The notes beneath the pieces are model-generated. The model was not told the DNA's origin, did no database searches, and saw nothing but the letters and a program-made list of their open reading frames with translations. DNA of 64,000 bases from Octopus sinensis (Eukaryota): NCBI RefSeq assembly GCF_006345805.1, contig NC_043005.1, positions 18,910,001 through 18,974,000 on the forward strand, read 5' to 3'. Position numbers and translations under genes: made by a program. This document shows positions 14,041 through 26,789 of the stretch, piece after piece; within the stretch, counting starts at the first letter, position 1; every line of letters starts with the position of its first letter.

Positions 14041-14320
14041 AAATAAAAAAGGCAGGCAACATGTTGCTTAGCCACATACCGAAAAAATTAGAAATAGCAG
14101 TCAAATACTGTTTATTTCTACTTTCTACAAATGAGACTCCACATACGACATATCCCTGTAATTCACATATGCAAAACAGAAGGAAGAAATAACGAAAACA
14201 AAGTCTAACGGTTATTTACGAACGCGTTTCTGGATTAGGAATATAATAAAATATCAATTCCAAGTCCTTCGTCAGCCTAAACTTCCACTAGAATAGATTT
14301 TGCCTGCCTTTTTTATTTAT
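14041..14320 (-). mobile_element. short element with hammerhead-like core and 19-bp inverted ends; probable PLE derivative
   Basis: AAATAAAAAAGGCAGGCAA (14041) versus TTGCCTGCCTTTTTTATTT (14300). Minus strand TTTAGG-CTGACGA-AGGA..TCCA-GAAA-CGCG-TT-CGTAAA. Confidence 0.55.
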
Positions 14321-14328
14321 ATACAAAA

Positions 14329-14725
14329 CTAGAAGTATCGCCCGGCGTTGCTCGGGTTTGTAAGGTAAATAACTATATAAGCAGTTTTAGAGATGTAAAG
14401 TATAATAGTCATCTCAATATGGCTAACCACAAAGGGGGGGGGGTACTGTAGCTTTTTACGTTCTGAGATTTAATAATAAATTTTTAGAGAGTTACTTCCC
14501 TTATATATGCCAAAAATGCATTAAAAATGGGAAAAATTGATGGTAATTTTTGTTTTTAAATCGTAGACTCATCGTAGATGCGCGCTAATACCCAGAAGGA
14601 CTCGATATGAATCACGACTATAAGATACCCGGTTTTGGTTAAACTGCACCGCAAAATGTGGTAGTAGTTAGGAATCTAAATCGTAGGAGACAGACAGCAC
14701 ACAACCTTACTTTTATATATAAAGA
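14329..14725 (-). mobile_element. non-autonomous Helitron, subtype I
   Basis: Reverse-complement copy with TC start and CTAG end at an A|T site. Confidence 0.88.
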
Positions 14726-15419
14726 TATATATTGAACTTTTATAGAAGTTCCTAACGTTAATGGTTATATTTACATGCCGAAATCTACCAGTAAATAACT
14801 GTTGTTTTTTTTTAAAAACCATTAAAGCTATTACTTACTCTTATTATATTGCTATGTTAGTAAAATGTATTCTTTCTTTCTATCATGATAATATGGTGTG
14901 ATCTAAGCGAGACTTAGCTGTTTTTCTAGAGATCAGTATGATTTCATAAACATTTCTCCATTAGCACGCCTTTGTATTAGTAGAAAACGTAGTTTATAAA
15001 TTAACTGTGAAGAAAATCGATATAATCGTAGACTATTGGACGACTATGAAACTCTTATAAATATTTAAAATGAGTTATCTTAGAAAGAAAATTACGAAAT
15101 CAGAGTTGTGTATTCACAAGCCCAACTGAACAAGTGATAGATGTGTTACTTGATACCATATGCAATTTTCTTGTCTTTTGCTATTTTTTGTTGAATTCGC
15201 AAATTAATGCTAATATATATATTACTTTATATTTAATTGAGACTGTGCCTTGACGTAGCAACATCGAACCTGCTGCAGATTACTCTTGTTGACGCTGTTG
15301 CTAGGACTTACCTTTCTTGTATTGGCTTCAACAACACACAAACCTGTTATCGATGTGTACAGATCGTTCGTGAAGTTGCCCCTGGTATGCGTAAATAGTT
15401 AGATCAATAGAGAGATTGC

Positions 15420-15731
<312 letters not shown>

Positions 15732-16060
15732 CAAATATAAGTAAATAAATGAAAAGAGGGATGGCAGATTATTCAGGAAACTTCCTTATCTTACAGATGT
15801 TTCTGCTATTTGATGCAGTGCACTCACCTCTGAGTGAACCGCAGAAACAGCTGTAATCTTATGACGTTCATTGTATAATCCCGTTTTCTTTTCTGATTTT
15901 GTTTCACATTAAGGTTTATACTCGACTGATGCATTATTTTGAAGCATATGCGTATTGAGCTCTTACACCAGGTTCCTAGGATTCTGAGCCTAAGCGCAAA
16001 ATTAATAAACAAATATGTATATATATATATAATATATATATATATTATATATTATTATTA

Positions 16061-16154
<94 letters not shown>

Positions 16155-16198
16155 CATCATCATTATTATTATCATTATTATTATTAAAAATAATAATG

Positions 16199-17074
16199 GC
16201 TAATGGCCTCTGGCTTAAAATCTGAAACAGTAGGGTTTATCATAGCAGCTCAAGATCAGCGCCTACCAACAAGAAACTACCAGGCCAACATATTAAAGAA
16301 CGGCAGTAGCCCAACATGTCGTGTATGCCGACAACAAAATGAAACCATTGATCATGTTGTCTCCAAATGCAGTCTTCTAGCGCCTACAGAGTACCTCAAC
16401 AGGCATGATAGAGCTGCACAATATATTCACTGGGTAATTTGCAAAAACCTAGATTTGTCCCATGAAAAAAACTGGTGGGAACACAATCCACCTCCAGTGC
16501 TTGAAAATGACCACATCTCACTCCTCTGGAACTTCACCATTCAAACTGACAGAAAGATAGACGCAAATAGGCCAGACATCATATTGAAAGACTTCAGACA
16601 AAGAACATGCCTCCTCATTGATATGACTGTCCCAATCAATATAAACGTATCTGTCAAGACCTACCAAAAACTGAGCAAATATAAAGATCTTGAAATAGAA
16701 ATCAGCAAAATGTGGAACTTGATGACTAAAACAATACCTGTTGTCATAGGTGCCCTGGGAATGATAGCGAAAGGGCTGATTGCTACCTAACTCAGATACC
16801 AGGAAACCCCAAAATGGCAGAAATTCAAAGGATAGTGCTCATGGGAACTGCTCATATCCTACGCAAAATACTCTCTATGTAATCCCAAGGTTTAAAACAA
16901 ACTTTTTTTTTTTTAATTTATGTATTAGACATTCACTAGTACAAACCAAAAAATATATATATATATGGCACACTAGGCATAACAACAACGTGAACTTCCG
17001 ACCTGTTGTCTCTTGAGGTCTCTGGGTGAGACTTGGAGCCAACTTGTACAGTCATAAAGCAAAAGTCAAACATA
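16199..17074 (+). mobile_element. 5'-truncated R4/Dong-clade LINE (CCHC zinc finger, RLE, 3'UTR)
   Basis: ORF 16203-16790: CRVC..ETIDHVVSKC (CCHC), RHD, RPDIILKD (PD..D), KYKDL, PVVIGALG. Flanked by trinucleotide arrays. Confidence 0.9.
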
Positions 17075-17114
17075 GAAGAAGAAGAAGAAGAAGAAGAAGA
17101 AGAAGAAGAAGAAG

Positions 17115-17153
<39 letters not shown>

Positions 17154-17206
17154 AACAACAACGATGGCAATGACGATGATGATGACGATGACGATGACGA
17201 TGATGT

Positions 17207-17261
<55 letters not shown>

Positions 17262-17340
17262 GGTGACGGTGGTGATGACGATGACGATGATGACGACGAT
17301 GATGATGATGACGACGACGACGACGATGATGATGATAATA
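17075..17340. repeat. compound (GAA)n(CAA)n(GAT/GAC/GGT)n array
   Basis: Direct. Confidence 0.95.
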
Positions 17341-17419
17341 TGCTGTGGTGGGTAGACATACAGGGGAAATGAACCAACTAAATAATGAAATGCTTGAAAT
17401 TTAAAGACGACTAAAAGAA

Positions 17420-17985
17420 AACAAAAACGTGAATATGAGAAGGGTAGATAGGAGTATGATAAATAAAGTAACACAAAAGATAAACACTGTCATACCATAC
17501 ATCCAGACGGAGGACATAACACAAACAAGGAATCATCTCCGGTCTATTGCGCTACTTGTTGATGAGAAATTACAACTTAAGGGAACAAAAATGGTGAAGC
17601 AAACGAACAATAGTGGAAACGACGTATTGTAAGGGACATAGTGCGGACAAGGCAAGATCGAGGAAAAATTGAGCAAGGAGTTCTGGAACGGATTATGGGG
17701 AAACAATGTGGTGCATAAAAGGGATGCAATGTGGATAGGAACTATCAAGACGGAATTACAAGGAGGAAAGAAACATAGGAACATTGTCATAAGCACGGGT
17801 GATGTGAAAGAACAAGTGAGCAAAGTGCCTAACTGGAAAGTCCCCGGACCAGATGGGACTCATGGATTCTGGCAGAAGAGATGCCACGCGGTGCATGAAA
17901 GACTAGCAGCCCAATTGAATGAGTGTGTCCAAAAATGTGCAGTCCCCGCGTGGATGGTGACTTGGAGGACAACAATTGTTATTGG
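17420..17985 (+). mobile_element. R4-clade LINE fragment, region preceding the RT domain
   Basis: FWNGLW..PNWKVPGPDGTHGFWQK..LAAQLN..VPAWMVTWRT matches the non-LTR RT-proximal KAPGPDG motif. Confidence 0.8.
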
Positions 17986-18446
17986 CTACCTGAATTCCCT
18001 AGTATCCATAGATAAACGAATTTGATTATAATTATACTTTGTCCGTCGCTATAAACTATGGGTTTAGTTTCGTCTCTGGACTGCTGAAAATAATACACTG
18101 CTTTGCGTATGCATTCTCATACTGAATGAAATGACAGTGGGATCTAACGAAGGCTTTATATAAGCAACACACAGAGGAGGCGTATTCCACGCCTTAGGCA
18201 GAGGAAACGATTACATAACGCTTCGCCTATGTATCAAACGTGTAAACAACTGTAGTGGTTTAAAATAATAAATACCATTCCTTCATTCCATCTTCTATCA
18301 TATATATATGTATGTGTGTATTCATGTGTGTATAGGTGTATGTGTATAGGTGCGTGTATGGTGTATGTGTATATATATATATATAATATATATATTATAT
18401 ATATTTATATATACCAATTAAGGACTGAACACGAAAAGTGGACAGT

Positions 18447-18507
<61 letters not shown>

Positions 18508-18699
18508 TACATATATGTACATATATATGTGTGTGTACGTATTTTTACTTGTATGTATGCCACATAAATGTATATGCTTATATGTTTTAGGACACATACC
18601 CATTCTACTGAAAGATATACGAGTGCATCTTTTCTCTGACTTATGGGCTCTTAGAAAATATATAGAAAAGAAAATTATTTCATTCTACACGGTTAGAAA

Positions 18700-19625
18700 T
18701 ATAAGAAAAATAGAAGTCAAAAATACACTGAGAATATTATTATATTTAAAGATTTAACATTTCCAAACAATCAATGCTCTGAATGTTTTCTGTCTAGTGT
18801 TTGCAGACCATGAACACGTGGTTAAGTTTTGAACCTTGCGTATGTTTAACGCTACGTCCGCGCATTAGTGTTACGTGAGAGTATATTTTGAGTCTAAAAA
18901 GAGGCGGACACTGTAGAATGAACATGTTTAGTTACAATCAAAGCACTCTAAATTTATTCTGTCTGCTGAAAGAGGGTACAGGAGTCGTTTGTATGTAGTC
19001 CAGTGGCTAAAGTTTAGGTTATTAGCTGTGTAGGTTCCTCAACTTAAATGGCAGAATGAATTTTGTGTGAATAGTTATTTGTATATGTATTCTGTAAAAG
19101 TTTGTTAAGTCTTGGTTTGTACTTTTGTATGAAAGTATTTTCTTTGCTTATTCGTACTTCATCTATGGTATTCGCTGAACATAGGCGGAGTGGGAAATCT
19201 GGAATTTGGGGGACTTATTTTTTGCACATATGTCTATGTGTCCACTCATTGGAATCTGTCTAGTACTGGGGTATCGTATTTGTTGTCGCTGAATGGCCAG
19301 TCTATTTCTTAGAAGAAGCTTTGTTTGACCCATTAACACAGGGACGAGGCGGGGAACCAACAAACATTTCTAAGACCAGTCATGTGACTATCTTCTACCA
19401 ATCAAATCCTATACAAAACATATACTAATTGGAGCCATAAACTCCCAATAAAAATAGGGCAAGCTTCAAACACTAGTAAGAAGCAAGACAGCTACGACAT
19501 AAGCCACGTCTCCCTATTTCAAATTTTTGAAAATCAGTGTAACTTGTGAAATCTGTTAAATCTTTAAATATAATAATGAAAAATATTTTAACTGTTCTCT
19601 GTGCATTTTCAACTTCTATTTTTTC
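18700..19625 (-). mobile_element. 5'-truncated Penelope-like element (GIY-YIG C-terminus) with inverted 5' segment
   Basis: GQTKLLLRNRLAIQRQQIRYPSTRQIPMSGHIDICAK is homologous to the GIY-YIG region at 44.6 kb. 18706-18765 is the reverse complement of part of 19555-19625. Confidence 0.75.
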
Positions 19626-20176
19626 TATGTATGTATAAATGTATGTATGTATGTATGTATGTATGTATGTATGTATGTATGTATGTATGTATGTATGTAT
19701 GAGTTTAATCTTATCCGAAACTCTAAAATCCAAATACCACCAAAACCTGACATTTTTCGAGAGGAACAACTCAAATGGAAAATTCCCAAACGTGCCGGGA
19801 AAGGTTCATAAACTAAGAATTGCAGATGAACATATAACGAAAGAGTGAAAAGTTAAAGTAGCGTATAATTGCATTATGAGATTGACAAGCAGAAGCTAAA
19901 GTGTAATTGCAGAATTTGTTTTAGTGGAAAGCGAAACGTTCCCAAATTGATAGCGCTATGACGTCTTGCGAAACTAGATAACGCCATATTTCTATAAAGC
20001 TACCTACGCGATGTCCGTATATTCTGTATCATGAAATTTAAGTGGTTCACTTGTTTAATCCTGACTATCATTTTATATATTCTATAGACGTGAATATACA
20101 ATCATTCTGGTAATTCCTAAAACTCCGAAATTTGAAATATAAATATATTATTTCAGTTACCAATTATATCTATATT

Positions 20177-20317
<141 letters not shown>

Positions 20318-20514
20318 ATTAGCGACCGCACATACTCAGTCTATGTGTTTTGCTTGTTCACCGGGTTGCTGCGATAAAGCGCCTGAAGCGCGACTTTCTC
20401 CAAGCACTGGATGGTAAAACACCTGAAAGTCGGAGACAGGCTAGACAACTCATCCCTAATCCTATTCAGGAGTGATGGATACAGATATTTCGCCAAACAC
20501 ACACACACATACAT

Positions 20515-20566
<52 letters not shown>

Positions 20567-20569
20567 ATA

Positions 20570-22165
20570 CCAGGTTGAGTCAAAAGTTTTGGGGTTTTAT
20601 TTTGTATTTCAAGCTTTAATAGTTTAATAGTTCATACATATTATATATGAACAGCGTTTATTCTTCAAAATATATCCTACCATATCCTATTGTCTGTGAC
20701 CATCGGTGTACCATAGACTCAATTGCACACTTTGGTTGGTTAGTTGGTTGGTTGGTTAGTTGGTTGGTTGGTTGGTTGGTTGGTTGGTTGGTTGGTTGAT
20801 TGGTTGGTTGGGTGGTGGGTTGGTTTAGTGACAAAAATCTCCTGCCCCCGTCTTCGACTTCATCCGCATTGTTGAAATTCCGTCCTTGGAAGAAGTGAGC
20901 AATGGCTCGGAAAAGGTGGTAATCTAACGACGAAATGAATGCATTGTAGGAATGCAGGGTGAAGCAGCAATTCCAGCCTCTCAAGTTTGCGTTTGGTCAC
21001 AACGGCAGTGAGGACTGGAGCCTTTTCCTGCTATAATAATGAGCATCTTGAATTGAGTAGTTCCGGGTGGCGTACTTTCAAAGCATTATATCTTCGCTGT
21101 GGAGGCGCAATGGCCCAGTGGTTAGGGCAGCGGACTCGCGGTCATAGGATCGCGGTTTCGATTCTCAGACCGGGCGTTGTGAGTGTTTATTGAGCGAAAA
21201 CACCTAAAAGTTCCACGAGGCTCCGGCAGGGGATGGTGGTGATCCCTGCTGTACTCTTTCACCACAACTTTCTCTCACTCTTACTTCCTGTTTCCATTGT
21301 ACCTGTATTTCAAAGGGCCGGCCTTGTCACTCTCTGTGTCACGCTGAATATCCCCGAGAACTACGTTAAGGGTATACGTGTCTGTGGAGTGCTCAGCTAC
21401 TTACACGTTAATTTCACGAGCAGGCTGTTCCGTTGATTCGGATCAACCGGAACCCTCATCGTCGTAACCGACGGAGTGCTTCCATCCATTATATCTTCGC
21501 TGAAGTTGTTGAGTATAAAGATTACTGTTTACATCATGACGATCTGCGACAAGCTGAAAGCGCAACAACTCCTTGAAATTCCACCAAACTCACAACATGG
21601 CCTTGTATCCAATCCGCCTTTTGTTTGACAAGTTATTAAACTTGGCTTCAAAGAAGCTATTGATTTATTTCATTAGGATTACGAAAATTCATCCTTTTTT
21701 TTATCCCCAGTTACAATTCGACGTCAAAAATGGGCATCTCGAGGATTTGACAACAGTTATTTGCAAATATTCACAGGTCGTTGAGCCTGCTCGTTGGTCA
21801 GTTGACGAGTAGCTTCTCGAAAGCCTGTGTTCACAAGGCCGAACATATAGCGGTGTTGATTGGTGCTACGTTTTGACGGATCAATTCTGCTGACAATATA
21901 CAAGTGCTTTCAATCAAGGACTCCGTTTCCACCACAGAAATCTTTCCAGGCCTTGGTTCGTCTTCCAGGCTGGTGTCACCTTCCTTGAATCGTCTGAACC
22001 AGTTTTTTGCCATGTGTTTGTTAACAGTTCCTAGTACTTCCAGATCATTATTTTCTTATGTTGTTGACCTTACACTGAGTCCTTTTTCCCACAAATACGG
22101 TAAAATTACTCGAATGGTGATTATTTTTTTACCAAAGCTGTAGAATAAAGAAGAAACAATTAACG
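20570..22165 (-). mobile_element. decayed mariner transposon, interrupted by a SINE and (TTGG)n
   Basis: N-terminus AKNWFRRFKEGDTSLEDEPRPG; C-terminus [43 protein letters not shown]. Confidence 0.85.
21100..21486 (+). mobile_element. SINE family B (tRNA-Arg-like head) with 16-bp TSD
   Basis: A box TGGCCCAGTGG, B box GGTTTCGATTC; TSD CATTATATCTTCGCTG. Confidence 0.92.
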
Positions 22166-22182
22166 TTTACATTTTATATATA

Positions 22183-22398
22183 CTCTTTTACTCTTTTACT
22201 TGTTTCAGTAATTTGACTGTGGCCATGCTGGAGCAACACCTTTAGTTGAGCAAATCGACCCCAAGACTTATTCTTTGGAAACCTTGTATGTATTCTATCG
22301 GTCTCTTTTGCCAAACCGCTAAGTTACGGGGACGTTAACACACTAGCATCGGTTGTCAAGCGATGTTGCGGGAAAAACACAGACACACAAACATGAGA

Positions 22399-22437
<39 letters not shown>

Positions 22438-22570
22438 CATATATACGACGGGCTTCTTTCAGTTTCCGTCTACCAAATCTACTCACGAGGCTTTGGTCGA
22501 CCCTAGGCTATAGTAGAAGACACTTGCACAAGGTGCTACGCAGTGGGACTGAACCCGGAACCATGTGGTT
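22183..22570 (-). mobile_element. SINE family A lacking its extreme 5' end
   Basis: Homology to other copies; head ends just before the mariner terminus. Confidence 0.88.
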
Positions 22571-22580
22571 CGTACATATA

Positions 22581-23400
22581 CGAGGTCTGATCAATAAGTA
22601 TCAGGAGTATAGCTATAAAAACAAAACTACAGCACGTACTTATTTGGCATTTAGTCTCCTCCAAAATAGTCCCCTTCGGAAGCCACACATTTAATCCAGC
22701 GCTCTTTGCAGTTATGGAAGCATTTCTGGAAATCGTTTTCTGGAATAATCAGCTGTTGCCACGTCGTATTCACTTTGATTTCCTCGACGTCCTGAAATCT
22801 TCTTTTCAAGCGGGATTTGATTTTTGTAAAGAGGCAAAAGTCAGAAGTAGCGAAATCTGGAAAATATGGTGGCTGTCTGACCTGGAAAAGGGTGTGCCTA
22901 GCCAAAAACAGTTGCACAAACTGCGCTGAATCGCAACTTGCGTTTTCAGCTGAAAACAGTTCTGACACAAATTTGGCAGACACGCATCGCATGCCCAAAT
23001 CTTCAGTGATAATGGACCGAACTGAACTGGAACTAATCTGCATATCCTCTGATAACCCACGGATGGTGATTCGACTATTTCCCCTCACAGCTGCACGGAC
23101 ATCTATGATGTTTTTCTCAGTTTTGTTAGTTGCGGCTCTCCCAGAGCGTTCGTCACAATCAACATTTTTTTCGGCATATACACTTCTTTCCATACGCTTT
23201 CTGCGACTTTCCGTTGGCTTCTGAGCAGATATTGCCAAGTTTTGGGCAAAGGCTGATGCAGATTCATCGTCAATGCACCCTCACACGCTACACACGTTCA
23301 TTCCAAGCACTGCTGTAAACAGAAAAACTGAGCTAGAACGTTAAAACTTACTGCGCATGCATAGCAGAGTTCAAGACCAATCTGTGCCAAGTGGCTTTAC
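22581..23400 (-). mobile_element. internally deleted mariner transposon
   Basis: TA|CGAGGTCTGATCAATAAG terminus. ORF 22651-23238 joins the HTH region (..EDLGMRCVSAKFV) to QPPYFPDFATSDFCLF (YSPDLAPxD-like) and YFGGD. Right TIR not seen. Confidence 0.85.
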
Positions 23401-23690
23401 ACTGCGTCCTTTAGTTTTATTACTTCGAACGTTTTAGCACGTGAAGTTCAAATGACGATAAAGATTAGCGTGTCCTTCAAATTTTCATTTCATTTCATCT
23501 CTTCAAAAATATTCAAACAGTGGACAGTTCGAAAGAAAGGAAAGATAGGTGTATCAGCTGATGATCGGAAACAAGGAACTCTAATTAGTAGTAATCGGAG
23601 TTTTTCACTTACCATCTGTTAAGGAATACTATTGAGTCTTTTATTTATTAATTTAATGTTTCTTTTATTTATTAATTTAATTTAATATAT

Positions 23691-23721
<31 letters not shown>

Positions 23722-23822
23722 GTATTTATATATCTATATATATAATACAAGTCTTCTGTAGTTTTTCATTCTATTTTGTTTTTTATACATCCAACCACGT
23801 TCTTTCACATACCAACTCTCTC

Positions 23823-23908
<86 letters not shown>

Positions 23909-23950
23909 ATATATATATACATATATACATACATATATATATATACATAT

Positions 23951-23984
<34 letters not shown>

Positions 23985-24089
23985 CATCATCATCATCATC
24001 ATCATCATCATTTAGCGTCCGTTCTCCATGCTAGCATGGGTTGGACGGTTCAACTGGGGTCTGTGAAGCTGGAAGGCTTCATCAGGCCC
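23985..24089 (-). mobile_element. RTE-type LINE 3' terminus with (GAT)n tail
   Basis: Minus strand CCGTCCAACCCATGCTAGCATGGAGAACGGACGCTAAA(TGA)n; recalled RTE-like 3' end. Confidence 0.6.
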
Positions 24090-24099
24090 AATATATATA

Positions 24100-24131
<32 letters not shown>

Positions 24132-24421
24132 GCATAGTGCTATTATATCTGTGTGCACGTTTGCTCATGAGGCGTATATGAGCGCGTTCGCATGTGTGTA
24201 CGTATATCGATATGAAATTTGCAAACTACTTAACGAAGCTGCCAATGGGAATCTCTGACAGAACATTCTGTAAAATCATCAGTTTACCGAATTAAATGAA
24301 GCGTCTTTTCCACCGAACGCTACGTTTGCTTCCCAAACGGAATCATTTTTTTTTTTTACTTTTGGCATGTGAGTGTGTGTATGGAGATTTATATGTTTCC
24401 CTGTTCCTGTTTATGTGCGAA

Positions 24422-24722
24422 ATTGTTTACTGGATGTTGGATGTATGATTGTTTACTGGATGTTGGATGTATGATTGTTTACTGGATGTTGGATGTATGA
24501 TTGTTTACTGGATGTTGGATGTATGATTGTTTACTGGATGTTGGATGTATGATTGTTTACTGGATGTTGGATGTATGATTGTTTACTGGATGTTGGATGT
24601 ATGATTGTTACTGGATGTTGGATGTATGATTGTTTACTGGATGTTGGATGTATGATTGTTTACTGGATGTTGGATGTATGATTGTTTACTGGATGTTGGA
24701 TGTATGATTGTTTACTGGATGT
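24422..24722. repeat. 26-bp minisatellite, ~11.5 copies (ATTGTTTACTGGATGTTGGATGTATG)
   Basis: Direct; one unit has a 1-bp deletion. Confidence 0.95.
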
Positions 24723-24826
24723 TGTTGTGAGAACTTGTATGCATTGTATCATATTCTTTCACGCATACAAACGAACCAATAGAAATTATGTCAAAATAAA
24801 CACACGATATTCACATCTGGATCAAG

Positions 24827-25000
24827 GTAGTGAGCTGACAAAATCGTTAGCATGCCGGACAAAATTATTAGCGATAGTTCTTCCGGCTCTTTGAATTCTG
24901 AGTCCGAATTCCGCTGACGTCAAATTTCTATTTCCCCTTTCCAGTGTCGATAAAATAAAGTTTCGGTCAAGTACTGGAGTCGATATAATCGACTTGCTCG
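24827..25000 (+). mobile_element. degenerate SINE family C
   Basis: GGTAGTGAGCTGACAAAATCGTTAGCATGCCGG head and GGAGTCGATATAATCGAC tail. Confidence 0.7.
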
Positions 25001-25163
25001 CTCGCTCGCCTCAAAATTCCTGACCTTGAACCCTGAATCGGACCAGCGACCATTCAGGGGTAATGTTGTGATTTCGGTCATTTATACGAACTGTAAAGTG
25101 GGTAACCAGTATATATGACTCCTATTGCTGGAGAAAAAATTTTAAAGCACATCTGGATCACTT

Positions 25164-25330
25164 CTATATTTAAGAGGTGAGGAATTATGTACATTACTTA
25201 CATTATTTACATTTGACGGATATTTGTCCTCATCTTGTTTGTTGTTAACACAATGTTTTGGCTGATACACCCTCCAGCCTTCATCAGGTGTCTTGGGGAA
25301 ATTTCGAACCTGAGTCAAATGTAAATAATG
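25164..25330 (-). mobile_element. 167-bp insertion with mutated minimal hammerhead, inverted 5' segment and 14-bp TSD
   Basis: TSD CATCTGGATCACTT (25150-25163, 25331-25344). Minus strand GACAC-CTGATGA-AGGCTG..CAGCC-aAAA-CaTT-GTGTT. Confidence 0.7.
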
Positions 25331-26529
25331 CATCTGGATCACTTGTTCTTAAAGGTCGACTGGATATAAAAGTCGACAGGTGTCGGGGAATAACTAACAC
25401 CAACAACACTATGGCAACACAAACACCTTTAACACTACCAACAACAATTACACCATAACAGTATTTTCTGTTCCATCACCACCAACAGGAACGACTCATC
25501 AATACTGAGTCAAAGAGTGACTTGACAGCTGTTTCGTTGTTTACTTGATGATTATTTAAATCTTATTGAGTATTAAGGCTATGGATTAGCACCTTAGAAT
25601 TTTCATGGTATTTTCTCTGAGTCTCTGCGTTCTGGATTAAATCCCTCCAAGGTTAACTTTTACTTTTCTACTTATGGATCATAGGCTATCGACAACTTCT
25701 CTCCACTGTTATTGGCACTTAGCTGTCTTTTGTAGGACGTCCTTTCTTTCTTCTCCCTTATGGATTCCATCTCAGGGTTTGATGCATAATGAAGGATTCT
25801 GGTTTCCTTTCGAAATTTACTGCACTGATTCATATATTTCCCTTAAGCCTTCTTCTCCCATGTTGTGCTGTTCCCGAATTGTTGCTAACGCATCTGTAAC
25901 TTTACTTTTTTCTTCACAGTGTTTTTCTCGTATACAAATCCATTTTTACCTCCGAGAGGAGGTGGTCCACATTAATCTAACTTCTATCTTTTGATTTGCC
26001 TAGCCTAGGCAAGATCTCGCACTTCACTAACCAAGATCTTGCACTCCACTGACGTAGCTCTCAGGGACATTGGAGTACACGAGACACCACAACACACTAC
26101 AACAAAGGACTGGATCTTAAGCAATCCGTGGGAGAAGAATTGTGAGATCTTTAGAGGATCAGACGAGATCACTTTCGGTATCTGTATCGGTTCTTGGCGT
26201 TGTAAAAGCAAGACCTGTAACGATAATGGTGCCTAGCTGTTTTTCTTTTGGAAAACCATCTGTGGAGTGAAGAGAGTAGACTTGTTTATATGGGCAACTA
26301 TTAGCCGTTCAAATCTTGCCCAGGTTTGTAAATACATGGATATATACATACTAACATTGAAAGTCGAGATGCTCCGGTGTGGGAAAAAATCATTTTGTAT
26401 AACTTTCTAAATAAATGTGAAGTAATCCTGCAAATTTATGTTAATTTATAAAGATTAATGATAAATGAATTTGAATGAGACCGTCTTTTTAAGATTAGAA
26501 TCATATAGACTAATGAGGCCGTTTCCCCA

Positions 26530-26723
26530 TTTCCATGGCTGTGTATGTTTCCCAAGTGGATAGGACGCCGGTCCGTCGCAGGATCACACACGTTTGCCAT
26601 CTCAGGGAACTGGAGGAACGTGAAATTAAGTGTTTTACTTAAGAGCACAACGCATCACCCACTCCAAGAATCGAAAATACGATCTCACGATCAAGAGCCC
26701 AACACCCTAACCACTAAGCCACG
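26530..26723 (-). mobile_element. degenerate tRNA-derived SINE with V-domain-like segment
   Basis: Minus strand CGTGGCTTAGTGGTTAGGG head; CCTGCGACGGACCGGCGTCCTATCCA. Confidence 0.65.
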
Positions 26724-26789
26724 GTAAGGTTTGAATATTTAGGAGGTTAAACTATATTAAAATGAAGATTGTTTTAAGTGTATCTAAAT

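Noticed and set aside
18830-18880. Hammerhead remnant in the 19-kb PLE 3' region
   Set aside because: Position is plausible, but the core is too decayed (CTAATG..TTAAAC) to support
21100-21175. Functional tRNA-Arg gene at SINE B heads
   Set aside because: Poor cloverleaf, fixed SINE body and TSDs; four near-identical copies
22817-23224. 135-aa plus-strand ORF
   Set aside because: Antisense shadow of the mariner transposase
23555-23580. CTGATGA..GAAA hammerhead
   Set aside because: Only 3 nt between the motifs; no stem II or stem III
23600-23625. 3-nt microexon CAG|ATG|GTAAGT (similar at 39075)
   Set aside because: Expected by chance; no host gene context or supporting intronic signals
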